Shown piece by piece: positions 59,510 through 64,000 of a stretch of 64,000 nucleotides of DNA (the first letter of the stretch is position 1; each line of letters begins with the position of its first letter). Below the pieces are notes generated by a model. The model saw nothing but the letters and a program-made list of their open reading frames with translations. It was not told where the DNA came from and did no database searches. This stretch comes from Eukaryota sp. GEM-RC1. Lineage: Eukaryota. The DNA is taken from NCBI GenBank assembly GCA_040285855.1, contig JAUFOQ010000003.1:372001-436000 (forward strand), read 5' to 3'. Position numbers and translations under genes: made by a program.

Positions 59510-60186
59510 CTAGCACTGGACACGTGGATAAAGAATCCAGCGGCTTCTTCCTTTTCCTAGTTTTAGCATGTAGTAAGTGACAAGGAAGTAGAAGGTGTTC
59601 AAAAGAGAGGAACAATGAGCATTACAAAGGTCAGTTCGAGTCGAGGGTATTTACTCATAGGATCCATGAGAAATGAGATGAAGAAGGAAACAACGGGAAG
59701 CCAGAAGGATATACAGATGGCTAGGATGATCTTGGTAATGGTTACGATGGAGAGCCACACGGACATCTGGCTTAGCCAATAGCCGAGTATCGGACGGTTG
59801 ATATCAGGACCGTAGAATCCAGATTTCAAACGAGAGTGATTGAGGTGAGTAACAAAGAGAGATTGAGAAGCGGTGTGTAGCAAAAAGTTGATGAAAGTGC
59901 CTAGAAAAGTATCAGCAGAGCTAATGACCACATAAAGAGAGCAAGAAGAATGATTATCTCCATCACCAAAGAAAATGGACAAGATGATATTGAGGGTATG
60001 TTGTAAGAGGGCGGCTGATGCAGACTTGCTGGTGTCAAAAGTCCAAACTAACCACGGCTTTCGAGGTTTTTCTCGGAAACGGTAAATCACTAGCACAGAG
60101 AAAGCTAAAAGTCCCATGATGGATTGTAGAGCTATTGAAAAGAAACCCAGGAGTTGACATTCTGGAACGTCTGTAACTGAAGGCAT
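59510..60186 (-). CDS. STIMATE/TMEM110 (YPL162C-like) multi-pass membrane protein; frameshift near 59,601
   Basis: CQLLG, YRFREKPRKPWLVWTFDTSK, H..N, DTFLG, SGFYG and LELTFVMLIVP. One extra T restores VPLFLNTFYFLV. Confidence 0.8.
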
Positions 60187-60344
60187 TGAAAAATCGGATA
60201 TCTTTTTGAACAGCAATGAAGTAACTCTAATTCGAGTACAATCATGAATACCTACTAGTACACTGTTGAGTTTCATAACGATTATAAAACAAACATCAAT
60301 CAAATCAACAATTGTGATGCGTTTTTGGAGAGTCATGTTTTTCT

Positions 60345-60893
60345 ATAAAAGTTGTAACCTTTTTGCATAACACGTGATCAAAAAAGAGGGGACCTACATA
60401 CTCCGTCGAGTCAATTATTAATGGATTTTACTACAGTAGATGTTTGTCACAAATCATGTTTTAGTAGGATATTAGATTCTTCTTTTTAATCCGTTAACAA
60501 CTGCTGAAAAGCTCAAACAATCCAAGTATGATTCTCAAATAGAAGAAATAAATCGAAACTCATATTCCAAATTTGTGTTCAACCTTTTGCTGTTTCTTTT
60601 TTTGTACGATTAGTCCTGCTTGTGATCAATTTTTCAAGGATTTCGAAGAACTGTGTAAAGAAAAGAAGCATAAGTTTAGAATGGTTGAATGGAAAAACCG
60701 TATAGTTTTTTCCATATGTCGGTATATGCATTTCTATTTCTCTAGATTATTTGACAAATTGTACAAGTTTGGTGTGAAGGTTAATGTTGATAAACGTAAT
60801 CTTTTACCGGGTGGTGATGAAGTCGTTTTGATTTAATCTTAGTATTATTTGTTTGTTTATACAATTTCATAGTTTGTAGGAAGGTTACCTTAT
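60345..60893 (+). mobile_element. 5'-truncated RLE non-LTR retrotransposon remnant (donor family of insert B)
   Basis: KRGDL, MDFTTVDVC, AEKLKQSKY, QPFAVS and EWKNRIVFS. The 3' part matches insert B. Confidence 0.88.
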
Positions 60894-61147
60894 ACCAGTT
60901 GTTCAATTCATCTGTTATAGTTTAATTTGGTTGGCTTTTGGAAACAATTTGAAAGCTATTGGATTGTTTTGTTCTATTCCTGACCCAGAACATTTGGTTC
61001 TATCAACTTCACGCAAAGTTACAAGAAACCAGGAAGGCGAAATATTGTTTAAATCTTGTACATTTTTACAAAAATTTTACCGACCAATCTAATAAAGCAG
61101 AAGTAAAATGTAAATTTCCAAAAAGTGGCAACAAAATTTCTAGTAGT

Positions 61148-62110
61148 TTATGAATTCAAAGCAACAAATAACTCTGAAGCCTGCAAACCTTCTGTTTCAT
61201 AAAGTAGCATTAAAAAGTTGGTTACCCAACGGAAATCAATAACATTATATAAAATACTGATAAAAGAAACTCTTAATGGAATAGGGTCTTCAAAAACAGT
61301 ATAAAGAATCTTGAATATTTGAATATTTTCCTTAATGAAAATGAGTTGGTTTCTTTCATTTGAAATTTCTAACAAGAGAATCAACTCATTTGCTGAGAAA
61401 GAATTGGTTGCAAGAAACTCTTTACAAGCCAATTGAAGCCCGTCTACTTGGGAGTAAACCGATATCTGGAAAAAATCCAAGATATTTGAAATTTTAAATT
61501 TGATAGATTTACAATGGAACAACTCAAAAACATGGAGAAAACTTCTTCAGAGACACCTGGAAATTCTTCAGAATATTCAAATTTTCGAACATTTGAATCA
61601 GCAAAGCCACATGTAAAAGAATTATAAAAGAATGTTGAATTTAAAGCTAAAAGAAGAGAATTCATCGTAAGAGCGGTGTTTCCGTAAGAAACACTGACAT
61701 CTCTTGATCATTTTCGAAACTAAACTAGTCAAGTCTAATTGAAAACTATTGTCTTCACAGTAACCCAACCCTTTTGTCATTCTCTCATTAACAAAGTCAC
61801 TTAACTCCTCAAACTGAAGAAGAGAAGCAATGAAGGAAAGAGTTGGAAGAGATTTAGTTGTAATAGGAAGAGATTGACCATAGAAAGTTGACAGAACTGA
61901 GAAGAAGAGGTCAGGATCTGTGAAAGGAAGTGGTGTAAACTCTATTGAAGAAGATCGAAAAAGTTTTTCCTTAACAACTGAACTCAACGAACAAACTACG
62001 GAAGAATGACAGTGGCAAGAAACGTCATCATAGTGAATGATTGTGTCTGTAAGAAGATTTATTTCGCCTTTTAGCCGATCTAAAATAATTAACAAAGTTG
62101 AAAAAGCCAT
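61148..62110 (-). pseudogene. BTB/POZ-domain protein, frameshifted
   Basis: TDTIIHY..CHSSVVCSLSSV..FFSVLSTFYGQSLPIT..LSFIASLLQFEEL, followed by a second BTB-like segment in downstream ORFs. Confidence 0.7.
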
Positions 62111-62223
62111 TTGAAATGGCCCATTTCTATTATCACTCAAAATTTTCAAATGATTCGAAATGATATTTCGACAAATGCACAACACGTCCCTTCAAATCGA
62201 TAATTTTATACATAAAATAAATT

Positions 62224-63236
62224 CTACAAGGCTTTGGCAGACGAATAAGCATCGTGCCACTCCAATGCATTCTCAATAGTCTGAACCCAATGCTCTCGAT
62301 CTGCTACTGAAGCAGCCTGACAAACAAAAGTTCGATCATTTGTTGTCACTTCAAATACAAAAGATCGTCCATACCTTTCCACATCATCTACAACCTTAAC
62401 CCCGCCCTTTGGCACAGTAAATACACCTAGCGCAAGAGTTGCCGGACAAAACTCGGTCTTAAAGTATGACATTATAACACCATGCTTTGCTGATATCCGC
62501 AACCTAAAGAACCTGTTCTTCCAATTCTTCCTGAAGAGTCCTACCTTACTCAACCAACCATCAGTACGAGGGGGTTTGCCCAGAGCATTCTTACTACCAA
62601 TATCATCAGAGAAGGGAGTGAGATGAGAGAGGTGGGGGGCGTGTGGAGTTTCAGGTTCTTCTACTTCTGTTGTGGTAGGTCTATTACTCTGAGATTCTAA
62701 GTGGGAGACTTGGTTCTGTAGGGAATCCTTGTCAGTGCTTAGGTTCTCTATGTCAGATTTGAGCTGTTTATTCTCTTCTAAAAGAGATGCGTTCTCAGAC
62801 TTGAGATTGTGAACGGTTTCTGAAAGTTCGTCGTTGGACTTACGTTGGTTGTAGAGATCTGATTCAGTTTCTTCCAGTGAAGACTTCAAGACAGGAATCT
62901 CTGCAGTTTGAGATGAGAGATTTGAGATCTTTTCTTGTAGATCAGATATTTCACGTTCATATTGGGTACAGTTTTGACAAGGAGAAGGCTCAGGAGGAGG
63001 AGCATTCCGCAGTTCTTCAATGTCAGTTTTAAGTTGAGCGTTTTCGTCAGTAAGAGAGTCATTGAGAGTAGTCACCGCTTGAATCAGAAACAGAATGAGA
63101 GAGACATACAAGCCATGTCAGCCTGTAGTTTTTTGAATTCAGTACGGAGAAACTTCAGTTTAGCCCGATCATCAAGTTTGGGACGAGAAGCATCATCGTT
63201 GATGAGTTCAGATTCGTTTCGTGGAGAGTCAGACAT
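62224..63236 (-). CDS. Coiled-coil + PH-domain protein with a 32-nt intron (63078-63109)
   Basis: GWLSKVG..KNWKNRFFRL..YFK..FVFEV..RTFVCQA..EHWVQTI (PH domain). Exon 1 from ATG 63,236 joins in frame after splicing. Confidence 0.88.
63078..63109 (-). other. 32-nt spliceosomal intron
   Basis: GTATGTCTCTCTCATTCTGTTTCTGATTCAAG. Unspliced exon 1 hits TGA; the spliced product reads LQADMASVTTLND. Confidence 0.8.
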
Positions 63237-63294
63237 CAGCTAATAGCTTATAGATGTCAAATAAGAGAATCAGAGGGAGAGAGAGAAAGATGTC

Positions 63295-63646
63295 ATCATC
63301 TTAACAATCCATGTTCATTTTGCCCTTCGTAAGTCTGGTCTTTTGAACACAATGTTTCTTTCATTGATTCCATGATTGATTTTCAAGCATACCTTTGTGA
63401 CCTCGCTCGCTTGTCTAATGTTCATCGACTAACAGCCCCCGATAGTGGTGCTTTTTGATAATCTCCTTGGAACCAACATTCTTTGTTGGAGCTTGATTCT
63501 TAAATGATAATTCCCTATCACTATCACCGTATTCTTTGAACCCCTATACTTCTCTTTGAACTCATCAATCCTTTTCGCTTCCTTAGGTAATGTGCTGCTT
63601 TAGCTTCATGATTCTTAGATCGTCTGATTGATAACACGATCCCATG
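63295..63646 (-). pseudogene. Fanzor (eukaryotic TnpB-like RuvC nuclease) fragment
   Basis: Manual translation across frames: YQSDDLRIMKL / IDEFKEKY..TVIVIGN / FKNQAPTKNVG..IIKKHHYRGLLVDEH*TS / HGLLR. Confidence 0.72.
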
Positions 63647-63804
63647 TTTAGTGAAAATTCGTTTTCGCCTTATAATAAGCTAAAAACTCAATGCGTTCAA
63701 GTAAGCTTTCAAAAAAACGATTGAGTACTTTGATTTGTGATCTAGATTCACTTTGGTTCAGTTTTTCCTCAAAGTTTTCTCCAATATCAGTTCCACTGTT
63801 TGAT

Positions 63805-64000
63805 TTATGTTGCAAATGCACCCACTGCTCCTAAACTCTCAATTTTACACTCATCAACTCCTCTTAAAATCCTAAAAAACCCATCTTCATTCCCCCAGTC
63901 ATTGCCCCAGCTATTCGCACAGGTCCAGTAGGGAATTCCGTCTTCCTCCCCATATCCAATCAGACGTACACTGTGAAGTCCAACAGGAATTCCTCTAGTT
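63805..64000 (-). CDS. Cathepsin B-like papain-family protease, C-terminal end (partial)
   Basis: [49 protein letters not shown]...*; not in the ORF track. Confidence 0.93.
   Translation of the reverse strand, partial: TRGIPVGLHSVRLIGYGEEDGIPYWTCANSWGNDWGNEDGFFRILRGVDECKIESLGAVGAFAT

Overview
Eukaryotic DNA from a compact, intron-poor, flagellated protist (metamonad-like; this is inference). The window has two halves. (1) 1-33,905 is a tandem array of about 48 units of ~430-447 bp. Three unrelated foreign segments sit inside the units, each flanked by a ~10-11 bp direct duplication of the unit. One is a 2.67 kb two-ORF, both-ends-truncated, possibly viral cassette (4 copies). The other two are 3' ends of different RLE-type non-LTR retrotransposons (186 bp x7 and 258 bp x3), and related donor elements lie at ~46.3-47.3 kb and ~60.35-60.9 kb. 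(2) 34-64 kb holds housekeeping genes: RBBP4/MSI1, eIF5B, a dNMP-kinase-like gene, a Cdc25-like rhodanese, HEATR6-like, a GAF/Zn/receiver protein, a saposin-like gene, EFCAB2/DRC8, STIMATE-like, a BTB protein, a coiled-coil/PH protein and the end of a cathepsin B-like gene. These are interleaved with mobile-element relics: CRE-like retrotransposons, a hAT MITE, MULE, a Merlin-like fragment, a Ulp1-carrying region and a Fanzor fragment. Three candidate 28-33 nt spliceosomal introns repair split ORFs. Several single-base frameshifts fall in homopolymers and are probably assembly errors.
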